A DNA stretch of 64,000 bases from an uncultured Actinomycetes bacterium. Its GTDB lineage: Bacteria; Actinomycetota; UBA4738; HRBIN12. Every line of letters begins with the position of its first letter. The first letter of the stretch is position 1. Positions 30,788 to 39,842 of the stretch are shown in pieces. The notes beneath the pieces were generated by a model, which worked only from the letters and a program-made list of their open reading frames with translations, had not been told where the DNA came from and did no database searches. The position numbers were made by a program, and so were the translations under genes. The stretch spans positions 264,644-328,643 of the forward strand of contig CAWKKN010000006.1 in the NCBI GenBank assembly GCA_963850315.1, written 5' to 3'.

Positions 30788-31644
30788 GCTTCTCTGACCT
30801 CCTCGGTCATGGTTTCGTGCACAGGGCGCTGCTTGCAGGAGCGATCGCCGCGGTCGTGTCCGGGGCCGTGGGACTGTTCGTGGTGATCCGAGGCATGAGC
30901 TTCGCGGTCCACGCGGTCTCCGAACTGGGCTTCACCGGTGCGGCGGGGGCCCTCTACCTGGGCCTCAGTCCCGTCGCCGGCATCTTCGCCGGGTCGCTCG
31001 CGGTCGGCGCCGTGCTCGGTCTGCTCACCGTGCGGGGACGGGAACGCGACTCCGCGATCGGATCGTTCCTCGCGTTCGGTCTCGGGGTCGGCGTCCTTCT
31101 GATCTTCCTCTACCAGGGGTTCGCGATCCAAGCCTACGGGATCCTGTTCGGCAACATCATCGGGGTGAGCACGCAGCAGGTGGTCACCCTGGCCATCGTG
31201 GCCGGCATCGTCCTGGCGGCGCTCGCCGTCATCTACCGCCCGTTGCTCTTCGCGAGCGTCGATCCCGAGGCGGCGCAGGCGCGCGGTGTTTCCTTGCGGC
31301 TCCTCTCCGTACTCCTGCTGTTGCTCGTCGCGCTCACGACCGCGGAAGCGATCCAGGTCGTGGGCGTGCTCCTTGTGCTTACGCTCGTGATCACCCCGGC
31401 CGCCGCTGCCACGAGGCTCACGGCACGGCCGTCGCTCGCCCTGCTCCTGAGCGTCGTCATCGCGGTGGCGGCGACCGAAGGAGGGATCCTCCTGTCGCTG
31501 GTGAAGGACTGGCCTGCGAGCTTCTTCATCAGCGCTCTCAGCTTCATGGCCTACCTGACGGCGCTGTGCGTCGCGGCGCTGCGAGCGCGACGGGGGGGAT
31601 CGTGGACGGACGGACCGATCGAGGAGGGGGTCGTGCTACCGTGA
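30784..31644 (+). CDS. znuB: metal ABC transporter permease
   Basis: Intact 286-aa ORF. ATG overlaps the znuC stop (ATGA). 8-9 TM segments typical of the ZnuB/TroCD family. Confidence 0.85.
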   Translation: MSFSDLLGHGFVHRALLAGAIAAVVSGAVGLFVVIRGMSFAVHAVSELGFTGAAGALYLGLSPVAGIFAGSLAVGAVLGLLTVRGRERDSAIGSFLAFGLGVGVLLIFLYQGFAIQAYGILFGNIIGVSTQQVVTLAIVAGIVLAALAVIYRPLLFASVDPEAAQARGVSLRLLSVLLLLLVALTTAEAIQVVGVLLVLTLVITPAAAATRLTARPSLALLLSVVIAVAATEGGILLSLVKDWPASFFISALSFMAYLTALCVAALRARRGGSWTDGPIEEGVVLP

Positions 31645-32114
31645 CGCGGATCAGCGACATGTCGAACGAAGGACGGCGGACCCACGGCGCGCGCGATGTC
31701 GCCTCCCCCTCGGGACGCGTGCGTCATGCCACGCGCCAGGGGGAGCTGATCGGCGAGGTTCTCGACGAGGTCTCGGGATTCAGGTCCGCCCAGGAGATCC
31801 ACGCGGAGCTTCGGCGTCGCGGACATCCCGTCGGGTTGACGACCGTCTACCGGCATCTCAACCTCCTCGCGGAGCGTGCGGGCGTCGACGTCCTGCGCAC
31901 GCCTGAGGGCGAGACGATCTACCGTCGCTGCGCGGCGGCCGCCCATCACCATCACCTGATCTGCCGCTCCTGTGGCAGGACGGTGGAGTTCGAGGGGCCG
32001 GAGCTCGAACGGCTCGCCGAATCGGTCGCTCGCTCCGCGAAGTTCCACGACGTCTCACACACCGTGGAGATCTTCGGCACGTGCCACGACTGCGCGGCCC
32101 GTCTGGGCGCCTAG
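31641..32114 (+). CDS. zur: Fur family transcriptional regulator, Zur-like
   Basis: GTG 31641 overlaps the znuB stop (GTGA); an alternative ATG is at 31659. DNA-binding helix LTTVYRHLNLL, metal sites HHHHLICRSCGRTVEF and CHDC. Confidence 0.8.
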   Translation: MTRISDMSNEGRRTHGARDVASPSGRVRHATRQGELIGEVLDEVSGFRSAQEIHAELRRRGHPVGLTTVYRHLNLLAERAGVDVLRTPEGETIYRRCAAAAHHHHLICRSCGRTVEFEGPELERLAESVARSAKFHDVSHTVEIFGTCHDCAARLGA

Positions 32115-33040
32115 TCGCCGCTGCCGAGGTGGACACGGCCCCCCGCGCGACCCGCGAGCGCGGCCCTCGTAGCCGCAACGACGCCGTCGCGGGCGAGCCC
32201 CGCCAACGCAGCGACCACGTCGTCTTCGCCGCGACCCGTCGCGGCGATGAGGCCCGCGACGGTCATCGTGGGGCTTTGTCGCAACGCCGCCACGACCTCG
32301 CCTCGCAGCTGCCGTAGAGATCCGTGGAACGCCGGTCGCCGACGGCTCGACGGCCCTCCGCGGCGGCCGGCCTGCCGGAACCGACATACGCTCGTGAGGG
32401 GGCATTCCTCGCATCGCGGCACGGTCCGGCAGACGCCGTGGCCGAGGTTCATGAGCGCCTGGTTCCAGTCACCTGGTCGGGCGGGGTCGAGCCAGGCAGC
32501 GGCCGCGTCGTCGGCCTGAGCCGTCGTGATCTCGTGCCGCTCGAGGCCGAACTCGACGCGCGCCATCAGCTTCCGCACGTTCGTGTCCACGGCGGCGACC
32601 GGCGTGCCGAATGCGATGGAGCCCACCGCGGCGGCCGTGTAGGGTCCGACCCCCGGCAGCGCGCGCAGCGCCGCGGGGTCACGCGGGACCGCCCCATCGT
32701 GGTCGCGCACGATCGCCCGGGCCGCCTCGTGCAGCGAGACGGCCCGGCGGTGGTACCCCATGCCCGCCCATGCACGCAGGACATCGGCCCTGCTCGCGGC
32801 CGCGAGCGAGCGGAGTGTGGGGAAGCGCTCCATGAACCTGGGGAAGGCCTCGACGACCCGGCTCGCTTGCGTCTGCTGCAGCATCACCTCCGAGACCCAG
32901 ACGGCGTATGGGTCGTCCTCGGTGCGGCGCCACGGATAGTCGGGGCCGTTCGACGCGTACCACGCGAGCACCGCTTCGCGCAGGACGCTACGCTCGGGCA
33001 CGGGAGGGCCAGGGGATGCACCAGGGGATGCAGGGGTCAT
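32111..33040 (-). CDS. mutY: A/G-specific adenine DNA glycosylase
   Basis: Met 49 of ORF 32111..33184. HhH-GPD motifs VWVSEVMLQQTQ and LPGVGPYTAAAV. Fe-S cluster loop CRTVPRCEECPLTSVC. Confidence 0.85.
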   Translation of the reverse strand: MTPASPGASPGPPVPERSVLREAVLAWYASNGPDYPWRRTEDDPYAVWVSEVMLQQTQASRVVEAFPRFMERFPTLRSLAAASRADVLRAWAGMGYHRRAVSLHEAARAIVRDHDGAVPRDPAALRALPGVGPYTAAAVGSIAFGTPVAAVDTNVRKLMARVEFGLERHEITTAQADDAAAAWLDPARPGDWNQALMNLGHGVCRTVPRCEECPLTSVCRFRQAGRRGGPSSRRRPAFHGSLRQLRGEVVAALRQSPTMTVAGLIAATGRGEDDVVAALAGLARDGVVAATRAALAGRAGGRVHLGSGD

Positions 33041-33410
33041 GACGTCGATCCGGGAAGTGATGAGCACCGAGTTGGTGATGGTGGCGCCCGGGGCGACCGT
33101 TGCGGAGGCCGCCACGGTGATGGGGACGCGCCAGGTCGGCTCGGCGATGGTGATGGAGGGGGGCGCGCTCGTGGGCATCTTCACGGAGCGCGACGTGCTC
33201 CGCGCTGTGGGCGCCGAGTTCGACGCAGAGCATCACGCGGTATCGGAATTCATGACGCGCGACCCTCACACGGCGCGGGCGGACGAGGACACTCACGATG
33301 CCCTCGCGACGATGCTCGCCTTCGGGTTCCGGCACCTGCCCGTGATCGAGGGCGGAGCCGTGGTCGGCGTCGTCTCGATGCGGGATCTCACGCGCGAGCT
33401 CTCGGGCTAG
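33039..33410 (+). CDS. CBS domain pair protein
   Basis: Intact 123-aa ORF with two CBS repeats (VMSTELVMVAPGATV...GIFTERDVL; FMTRDPHTARADE...GVVSMRDL). Confidence 0.85.
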   Translation: MTSIREVMSTELVMVAPGATVAEAATVMGTRQVGSAMVMEGGALVGIFTERDVLRAVGAEFDAEHHAVSEFMTRDPHTARADEDTHDALATMLAFGFRHLPVIEGGAVVGVVSMRDLTRELSG

Positions 33411-33426
33411 CGTCCCGAGTGTTGCA

Positions 33427-33651
33427 CTAGACACCCGCCTCCACCGAGCCGGATGCGAAGCCGGCGCGCTGCTCCTTGGACGGCATCTCGTCCGCCGCCT
33501 CGCGAAGCGCCGCGTGGATCGCCCGGAACACATCGCCGACGAACGACGCCTGCTGGCCTCCCTCGCCGCTCATCGTGCCGCGCACGGCCGACGCGGTGAT
33601 CTCGCAGGCTTTCTCGAACACGTGCCAATCGGTCTCTCGGGACATCTCCAA
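33427..33651 (-). CDS. hypothetical small protein (74 aa)
   Basis: The ORF has a non-shadow composition and strong G/C third-position bias on my own codon read (MEMSRETDWHVFEKACEITASAVRGT...). I recognise no family. Confidence 0.5.
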   Translation of the reverse strand: MEMSRETDWHVFEKACEITASAVRGTMSGEGGQQASFVGDVFRAIHAALREAADEMPSKEQRAGFASGSVEAGV

Positions 33652-33707
33652 CCTCCACCTCGTCGATCCCCTTTCGGTCAGGCTACCGAAGGATCGAGAT
33701 CGGGGGT

Positions 33708-33735
33708 TGTCGATCTCCAGAGGTCGCCGTTCGTC
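33708..33735 (+). promoter_or_regulatory. ECF-type promoter candidate TGTCGA-N18-CGTC upstream of the YCII/ECF sigma pair
   Basis: TGTCGA at 33708-33713 and CGTC at 33732-33735, 54 nt upstream of the YCII ATG (33789). It resembles the TGTCGA -35 element I recall for the ECF42 group. The spacer is 1-2 nt longer than typical. Confidence 0.35.
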
Positions 33736-33788
33736 GCTAGGGTGGGAGGCGCGAGCATCGAGGCGCCGGCGACGAAGGAGCGGATGGC

Positions 33789-34139
33789 ATGACCCAATAC
33801 ATGCTGCTGATCTACGGGGACGAGGCCAGGTGGGCCGGCGTCAGTGAGGACGATCGCAACGCGATGTTGAACCGCTACGGCGAGTACTCGAAGTGGCTCA
33901 CCGAGAAGGGCTGGATGCGGGGAGGTGACGCGCTGCACGACACCCGTCTGGCCACCAGCGTCCGCGTGAAGGACGGTGAGCGCATCGTGACGGACGGCCC
34001 CTTCGCCGAGACCAAGGAGCAGCTCGGGGGCTACTACCTGATCGAGGTCGACAACCTCGACGATGCGATCGGCGCGGCCGCGCGTTGCCCCGGAGCCGAG
34101 AGCGGGACGATGGAGGTCCGACCGATCATGCCGACGTGA
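33789..34139 (+). CDS. YCII-related protein (DGPF motif)
   Basis: Intact 116-aa ORF: MLLIYGDE..., DGPFAETKEQLGGYYLIEV. Confidence 0.85.
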   Translation: MTQYMLLIYGDEARWAGVSEDDRNAMLNRYGEYSKWLTEKGWMRGGDALHDTRLATSVRVKDGERIVTDGPFAETKEQLGGYYLIEVDNLDDAIGAAARCPGAESGTMEVRPIMPT

Positions 34140-35380
34140 CCGACGCTCTTGAGCCGGCGACGACCGAGACCGTCGGCCGGGTGTTCCGGCGGGAGTCGGG
34201 GCGCGCGGTCGCCACGCTCATCCGCGTGCTGCACGACTTCGACCTTGCAGAAGACGCCGTCCAAGATGCGTTCGCGGCGGCCCTCGAGCGGTGGCCGCGC
34301 GACGGCGTGCCCAGCAACCCCGGCGCCTGGATCACCACGACGGCGCGCAACCGCGCGATCGACCGCCTCCGCCGCGAGGCTCGGTTTCGGGACAAGACCG
34401 AAGAGCTCGGTCGGCTGGCCGAGCTCGAGGCTATCGGCGATGACATGACCGATATCCCCGACGACCGGATCCGACTGATCTTCACCTGCTGTCACCCCGC
34501 GCTGACGATGGAAGCCCGCGTCGCGCTGACCCTGCGGACGGTGGGCGGACTCTCCACCAGGGAGATCGCGCGCGCCTTCCTGCAGCCGGAGCCGACCGTC
34601 GCGCAACGGCTGGTACGGGCGAAGGGGAAGATCCGGATGGCGAGGATCCCCTACCGCGTACCTCCCGAAGACCTCTTGGAGGAGCGGACCGCCGGTGTCC
34701 TCGCGGTCCTCTACCTGATCTTCAACGAGGGCTACGCTTCCACGGAAGGTCCGCTCGTGCGGGTGGAGCTCTGCGATGAGGCCATCTGGATGACGCGGAT
34801 CGTGGCCCGGCTTCTGCCCCACGAACCCGAGGCCTGCGGGCTCCTCGCGCTGATGCTGCTGCAGCACTCTCGACGCAACGCACGAACGGACCCCGCCGGA
34901 GGCTTGGTCCTGCTCGAGGATCAAGACCGCGCTCGCTGGGATCGCGCCATGATCGAAGAAGGGACCGCCGTCCTGCACGACGCGATGGACATGGGCCGCC
35001 CGGGCCCCTACCAGATCCAGGCCGCCGTCGCGGCGCTGCACGCATCGGCGGCGCGCCCCGACGACACCGACTGGCCCCAGATCGCGGCCCTGTACGGCGC
35101 CCTCGCCGCAACAGCCCCCTCGCCCGTCGTCGACCTCAATCGCGCGGTCGCCGTTGCGATGGCCGACGGGCCCAGCGCCGGCCTGCCCCTCATCGAGGCG
35201 CTGGGTGGTGAGCTGGACGACTACCACCTGTTCCACGCCGCTCGCGCCGATCTGCTGCGCCGGCTCGGTCGCGCCGACGAGGCGGCCGACGCCTACCGAC
35301 GCGCTCTGTCGCTGGCGACGAACTCCGCGGAGCGGACGTTCCTAGCGCGCCGTCTAGCGGCGACGCGAGGAGCGTGGTGA
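34136..35380 (+). CDS. ECF sigma factor with a long C-terminal TPR-like extension (ECF42-type)
   Basis: GTG at residue 18 of ORF 34085..35380 overlaps the YCII stop (GTGA). Sigma2 (AEDAVQDAFAAALERW...NPGAWITTTARNRAIDRLRRE), sigma4 (ALTLRTVGGLSTREIARAFLQPEPTVAQRLVRAKGKI), then a ~200-aa helical extension. Confidence 0.85.
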   Translation: MTDALEPATTETVGRVFRRESGRAVATLIRVLHDFDLAEDAVQDAFAAALERWPRDGVPSNPGAWITTTARNRAIDRLRREARFRDKTEELGRLAELEAIGDDMTDIPDDRIRLIFTCCHPALTMEARVALTLRTVGGLSTREIARAFLQPEPTVAQRLVRAKGKIRMARIPYRVPPEDLLEERTAGVLAVLYLIFNEGYASTEGPLVRVELCDEAIWMTRIVARLLPHEPEACGLLALMLLQHSRRNARTDPAGGLVLLEDQDRARWDRAMIEEGTAVLHDAMDMGRPGPYQIQAAVAALHASAARPDDTDWPQIAALYGALAATAPSPVVDLNRAVAVAMADGPSAGLPLIEALGGELDDYHLFHAARADLLRRLGRADEAADAYRRALSLATNSAERTFLARRLAATRGAW

Positions 35381-35424
35381 TGCGTCGGGCGCTGGCGGGC
35401 GGCGCCCGCTAGAGTTCTGCCGCG

Positions 35425-36837
35425 ATGCTCTTCCCCACCATCGACTTCGCCATCTTCTTCGCCGTGGTGTTCCTCGGCCACTGGCTGCTGAACCCGAAGC
35501 CCCTGCCCTGGAAGGTGTTCATGATCGGGGCGAGCTACGTGTTCTATGCCTGGTGGGATCCGAGGTTCGTCGTGTTGCTGGCGGGCGTCTCCTTCTTGGC
35601 GCAGGTGGGCGGGTTGGCGGTGGCGCGCCAGCAGGACGACCGCGCGCGCCGCTTCACGATGGCGGTATCGGTGGCGCTGACCCTTGCCCCGCTCGCCTAC
35701 TTCAAGTACTACGGGTTCTTCGCCCTGAACGTGACGAACGCTGCCGCATCCATGGGGCTGCACCTGTCGGTGCCGCTCCTGGAGGTGATCCTCCCGGTGG
35801 GGATCTCGTTCTTCTCGTTCATGGCCGTCGCGTATATCGTCGACATCTACCGGCGGCAATTCGAGCCGGTGCCGTGGATCGACGCCTTCCTCTACCTCTC
35901 GTTCTTCCCGCACCTCGTCGCCGGGCCCATCGTGCGCCCCGACGAGCTGATCCCCCAGCTCACGATCCGCCGCGACCCGCGTCACGTCGACGTGAGCGGC
36001 GCCGCCTACCTCATCTTCGGCGGACTGTTCAAGAAGGTCGTGGTCTCGAGCTACCTCGCCACCACGATCGTCGATCCCGTCTTCGCCGACCCGGGGCGCC
36101 ACAGCGCCCTCGAGGTGTTGTTCGCGGCGTGGGGGTTCGCAGTGGTGATCTACGCCGATTTCAGCGGCTACACCGATATCGCCATCGGCATCGCGAAGCT
36201 CCTGGGATTCCAGTTCCCGCAGAACTTCGATCGGCCCTACAGCGCGCGGTCCCTGCAGGAGTTCTGGCGCCGTTGGCACATCACGCTGTCACGCTGGCTC
36301 CGCGACTACCTGTACATCCCGCTGGGCGGCTCGAAGAAGGGAGAGATCCGCACGTACGCGAACATCATGGTCACGATGGTGCTGGGCGGTCTGTGGCACG
36401 GCGCCGCCTGGACGTTCGTGTTCTGGGGCGCGTACATGGGAGCCGGTCAAGTGGTCGGCGCCTGGAAGCGCGCCCATGTGCCCGCGCGGGAGGACACCCC
36501 CGCCCTGCGATGGTGGCAGCGGATCGCCACGTTCAACCTCGTTTGCGTAGGCTGGATCTTCTTCAAAGCGGACTCGTTGGCGACCGCGTTCTCCATGCTG
36601 AGCCGCCTCGTGACGGGATGGACGACGCCGACCTCGCTCGTGAGCCCGCTGGTGGTCTTCGTCATCTTCGGGATGCTCGGGATGCAGTACCTGCCGCATC
36701 GGCCCGCCGTGCTGTTGCAGGCGCGCGTCTCACAGCTCCGTCCGGAGGTCATGGGGATCGTCTTCGCGATCGCGCTGTTCGTCATCGTCACGATGGGTCC
36801 CCAGGGCGTCGCCCCCTTCATCTACTTCCGATTCTGA
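35425..36837 (+). CDS. MBOAT family O-acyltransferase, AlgI/DltB-like
   Basis: Intact 470-aa ORF. Conserved His region DFSGYTDIAIGIAKLLGF...FWRRWHITLSRWLRDYLYIPLGG. Confidence 0.9.
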   Translation: MLFPTIDFAIFFAVVFLGHWLLNPKPLPWKVFMIGASYVFYAWWDPRFVVLLAGVSFLAQVGGLAVARQQDDRARRFTMAVSVALTLAPLAYFKYYGFFALNVTNAAASMGLHLSVPLLEVILPVGISFFSFMAVAYIVDIYRRQFEPVPWIDAFLYLSFFPHLVAGPIVRPDELIPQLTIRRDPRHVDVSGAAYLIFGGLFKKVVVSSYLATTIVDPVFADPGRHSALEVLFAAWGFAVVIYADFSGYTDIAIGIAKLLGFQFPQNFDRPYSARSLQEFWRRWHITLSRWLRDYLYIPLGGSKKGEIRTYANIMVTMVLGGLWHGAAWTFVFWGAYMGAGQVVGAWKRAHVPAREDTPALRWWQRIATFNLVCVGWIFFKADSLATAFSMLSRLVTGWTTPTSLVSPLVVFVIFGMLGMQYLPHRPAVLLQARVSQLRPEVMGIVFAIALFVIVTMGPQGVAPFIYFRF

Positions 36838-37901
36838 TGAGCGCAAGGACACCGACCCCGACCACGGATACGCCCGCCCGCAGGCAAGGCGAGCGGGGCG
36901 GTGCCTCCGCGCCACCAGGGCGCACCACGATGCCGGCCGGCAAGGTCTTGATCGTGATGCTCGTATGCCTGTCCGTGTGGGCCTTGCTCGCCGCGCCGGT
37001 GATGAAGCACGACTCCGAAGCCCAACCCCTCGGCACCCGACGGACGGTGTCACTGTGGATCCTCACGCCGCTCGCAGCCATCAGCAACGCGCTGCAGCTG
37101 AGCCGGCTCACCGACCCCGTCGAGGCCGCGCTCGGCAAGGCTCCCAACGCCCCCGCGGGGGAGCTCCGCCCCCGCTCCCGCACGTCTCGGTCTCCCCCAC
37201 GCCCGACCCGCAAGCCGCCGAAGCGCACGACCAAGATCCGCGTCCCCACGCCGCACAACAGGCTGCGGATCGTCGTGGTGGGCGACTCGCTCGCCCAGGG
37301 GCTGGGGTTCTACCTGGACCGGGTCACGACCCCCTCGCTCACCATCGTGTCGAGCCAGGGCCGGATCTCCTCGGGGCTCTCACGGCCCGACTACGTGAAC
37401 TGGCCGGCGACGATGCACCACATCATGGATGTCTTCCATCCCGATCTGGTCATGGTGATGATCGGTGAGAACGACAATCAGAGCCTGACCACGCCGGGCG
37501 GGCATCTTCAGACACAGATCGGCACCGGAGCGTGGCCGCCCGGGTACCAACAGCGCGTGCGGGACTTCGCGCACATCGCCTTGGCGGGCGGCGCCCACAT
37601 CGTATGGGTGGGCCTGCCCATCGTGTCGAATCCCAAACGATGGGAGGTCATCCAGCGCCAGAACGGGATCTTCGACAAGGTCGCCTCGAGCACGCCCAAC
37701 ATGGTCTACGTCGACGTGTGGAACCGGTTCGCGACGGCCGATCACAAGTACAGCCCTTACCTCCACAACAACGGCCACGTCGAGCTCGTCCGCGAGACCG
37801 ACGGTGTCCACTTCACGCCCGGCGGCTACCTCATGATCGCCCGCGCCGCGATGCAGGCGGCCGTCCAGAGCTTCAAGCTCACCCCGAAGGCCCTGCAGTA
37901 G
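36837..37901 (+). CDS. membrane-anchored SGNH/GDSL-fold esterase/acyltransferase (MBOAT partner)
   Basis: ATG 36837 shares one base with the MBOAT stop (TGATG). It is the last 354 codons of ORF 35553..37901. One TM segment (VLIVMLVCLSVWALLAAPV), a Pro/Arg/Lys-rich linker, then SGNH blocks VVVGDSLAQGLG, MIGENDNQ and DGVHFT. Confidence 0.8.
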   Translation: MSARTPTPTTDTPARRQGERGGASAPPGRTTMPAGKVLIVMLVCLSVWALLAAPVMKHDSEAQPLGTRRTVSLWILTPLAAISNALQLSRLTDPVEAALGKAPNAPAGELRPRSRTSRSPPRPTRKPPKRTTKIRVPTPHNRLRIVVVGDSLAQGLGFYLDRVTTPSLTIVSSQGRISSGLSRPDYVNWPATMHHIMDVFHPDLVMVMIGENDNQSLTTPGGHLQTQIGTGAWPPGYQQRVRDFAHIALAGGAHIVWVGLPIVSNPKRWEVIQRQNGIFDKVASSTPNMVYVDVWNRFATADHKYSPYLHNNGHVELVRETDGVHFTPGGYLMIARAAMQAAVQSFKLTPKALQ

Positions 37902-37966
37902 CGGAAACCGCAGGGGGAGATGCGGGCGTCGAGCCCACGACCGGAGCCCAGCGGGAACCGGCCGCC

Positions 37967-39349
37967 TCAGACAGGGATCGAGACCTCCGGGAGGGCGGCG
38001 AGCGCGGCCTCCTCCGACGCGGGCTCGAACTCGACCTCGGGCAGCCTTCCGTTGAGGTAGTCGTCGTAGGCCGACATGTCGAAGTGCCCGTGCCCGCAGA
38101 GGTTGAACAGGATCACACGCTCCTCACCCGCTTCCCGGGCCTCGACGGCCTCGTCGATGGCGCCTTTGATCGCGTGGCTCGGCTCGGGTGCGGGAACGAT
38201 CCCCTGGGTCTTCGCGAACAACGTCGCGGCCTCGAACACCTGGTTCTGGGTGTACGCCTTCGCCTCCATGTGGCCGTGCTTCACCAGCATGGAGAGCGAC
38301 GGCGCGTCCCCGTGATAGCGGAGCCCCCCCGCATGCACCGGCGCCGGGACGAAGTCGTGGCCCAGCGTGTACATGGGAACGATCGGCGCGATCTGAGCGG
38401 TATCGCCGTAGTCGTACGCGAAGCGTCCCTTCGTGAGCGTGGGACAGGCCGCCGGCTCCGTCGCCACGAACCGCGCCTGAGAGGTGCCGCGCAGCCTCTG
38501 CGCCATGAACGGGTAGGACAGACCCGCGAAGTTCGAGCCGCCGCCCACACACCCCACGATCACATCCGGCTCCTCGCCCGCGATCGCCATCTGCTGTTGC
38601 GCCTCCAGGCCGATGATCGACTGGTGGAGCAGGACGTGGCCGAGGACGCTGCCGAGCGCATAGTTCGTGTCGTCGTGCGTGGCGGCGTCCTCGACGGCTT
38701 CGCTGATCGCGATGCCGAGTGAACCGGTGGAATCCGGATGGGACTTCAGGATCGCTCGGCCGCTGTTGGTCTTCTCGCTCGGCGATGCCACAACGCCGGC
38801 CCCGAACAGCTCCATGAAGATCCGCCGGTAGGGCTTCTGGTCGAACGAGGCCCTCACCATGTAGACGTCGCAATCCAGGCCGAAGAACGAGCACGCCATC
38901 GCCATCGCGGAACCCCACTGGCCGGCGCCGGTCTCGGTGGCGATGCGCCGGATCCCGGCCTCCTTGTTGTAGTGGGCCTGCGGGACGGCGGTGTTCGGCT
39001 TGTGGGACCCGGCCGGGGACACCCCCTCGTACTTGAAGTAGATGCGGGCCGGGGTGTTCAGCGCCTCCTCCAGACGGGTGGCCCGGAACAGCGGCGAGGG
39101 CCTCCACAACCGATAGATGTCGATCACGGACCCCGGGACGTCGATCCAGGGCTCGGTCGAAACCTCCTGCAGGATCAAGGCCTCGGGGAAGAGCGGCGCG
39201 AGGTCGGCCGGGCCGATCGGCTCCTTCGTCTGGGGGTTGAGGGGCGGCAGCGGGGGCATGCCCGCCGAAACCATGTCCGGCACCAGGTTGAACCACGCCG
39301 TGGGCATCTGCTCGGGCGTCAGGTCGAAGCGTGTGCGGACCTCGCTCAT
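37967..39349 (-). CDS. TrpB-like PLP-dependent enzyme (tryptophan synthase beta, TrpB2 type)
   Basis: Met 33 of ORF 37967..39445, with GAGGAGG upstream. [19 protein letters not shown] (PLP lysine), [20 protein letters not shown]. Confidence 0.9.
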   Translation of the reverse strand: MSEVRTRFDLTPEQMPTAWFNLVPDMVSAGMPPLPPLNPQTKEPIGPADLAPLFPEALILQEVSTEPWIDVPGSVIDIYRLWRPSPLFRATRLEEALNTPARIYFKYEGVSPAGSHKPNTAVPQAHYNKEAGIRRIATETGAGQWGSAMAMACSFFGLDCDVYMVRASFDQKPYRRIFMELFGAGVVASPSEKTNSGRAILKSHPDSTGSLGIAISEAVEDAATHDDTNYALGSVLGHVLLHQSIIGLEAQQQMAIAGEEPDVIVGCVGGGSNFAGLSYPFMAQRLRGTSQARFVATEPAACPTLTKGRFAYDYGDTAQIAPIVPMYTLGHDFVPAPVHAGGLRYHGDAPSLSMLVKHGHMEAKAYTQNQVFEAATLFAKTQGIVPAPEPSHAIKGAIDEAVEAREAGEERVILFNLCGHGHFDMSAYDDYLNGRLPEVEFEPASEEAALAALPEVSIPV

Positions 39350-39479
39350 CGGTCGCCTCCTCGGTCGCCGGGACGGGGAGCGAGCGTACCGGCTCGCCGC
39401 GTGGGCGGCCATCCCTCGCATCGCGACCGAGCCGACGGATCCCATGCCAGGAAGCTCACGATCGACGCATGGATCGACA

Positions 39480-39812
39480 CTAGGAGCGGGGGTCCACGGG
39501 GACCGTGGCTACCTCGACCCATCCGTCGAGGACGCGGACCTCGAACACCGACACGGAGTCACCGGCGGGGCCTTCCAAGGGCTCGCCCGTCTCCACGTCG
39601 AACACGCTGCCGTGACAGGGGCAAGTGACCGTGATCTCCCGATCGTCTAGCTCGCCCTCGGCGAGGGAGCATCCCAGGTGCGTGCACTCGTCGCCGAACG
39701 CATGCAAACGCGCGTCCAGGTGCGCGACGGCGACGCGGCCGTTCGGCGTGTCGTAGGCACGGAGCTCACCCTCGGGGATCTCCCCCAGCGCTCCCACCCG
39801 CGTGAACTCCAT
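39480..39812 (-). CDS. Rieske [2Fe-2S] domain protein
   Basis: Intact 110-aa ORF with CTHLGCSL...CPCHGSVF. Confidence 0.85.
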   Translation of the reverse strand: MEFTRVGALGEIPEGELRAYDTPNGRVAVAHLDARLHAFGDECTHLGCSLAEGELDDREITVTCPCHGSVFDVETGEPLEGPAGDSVSVFEVRVLDGWVEVATVPVDPRS

Positions 39813-39842
39813 GCCGGCTCCCCCTCCCCTCTCGCTCGATCC

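Noticed and set aside
35553-37901. 782-aa ORF
   Set aside because: The first ~428 codons are the +1 frame of the intact MBOAT gene and give an Arg/Pro/Gly-rich, non-homologous sequence. Only the last 354 codons (ATG 36837) encode the SGNH protein.
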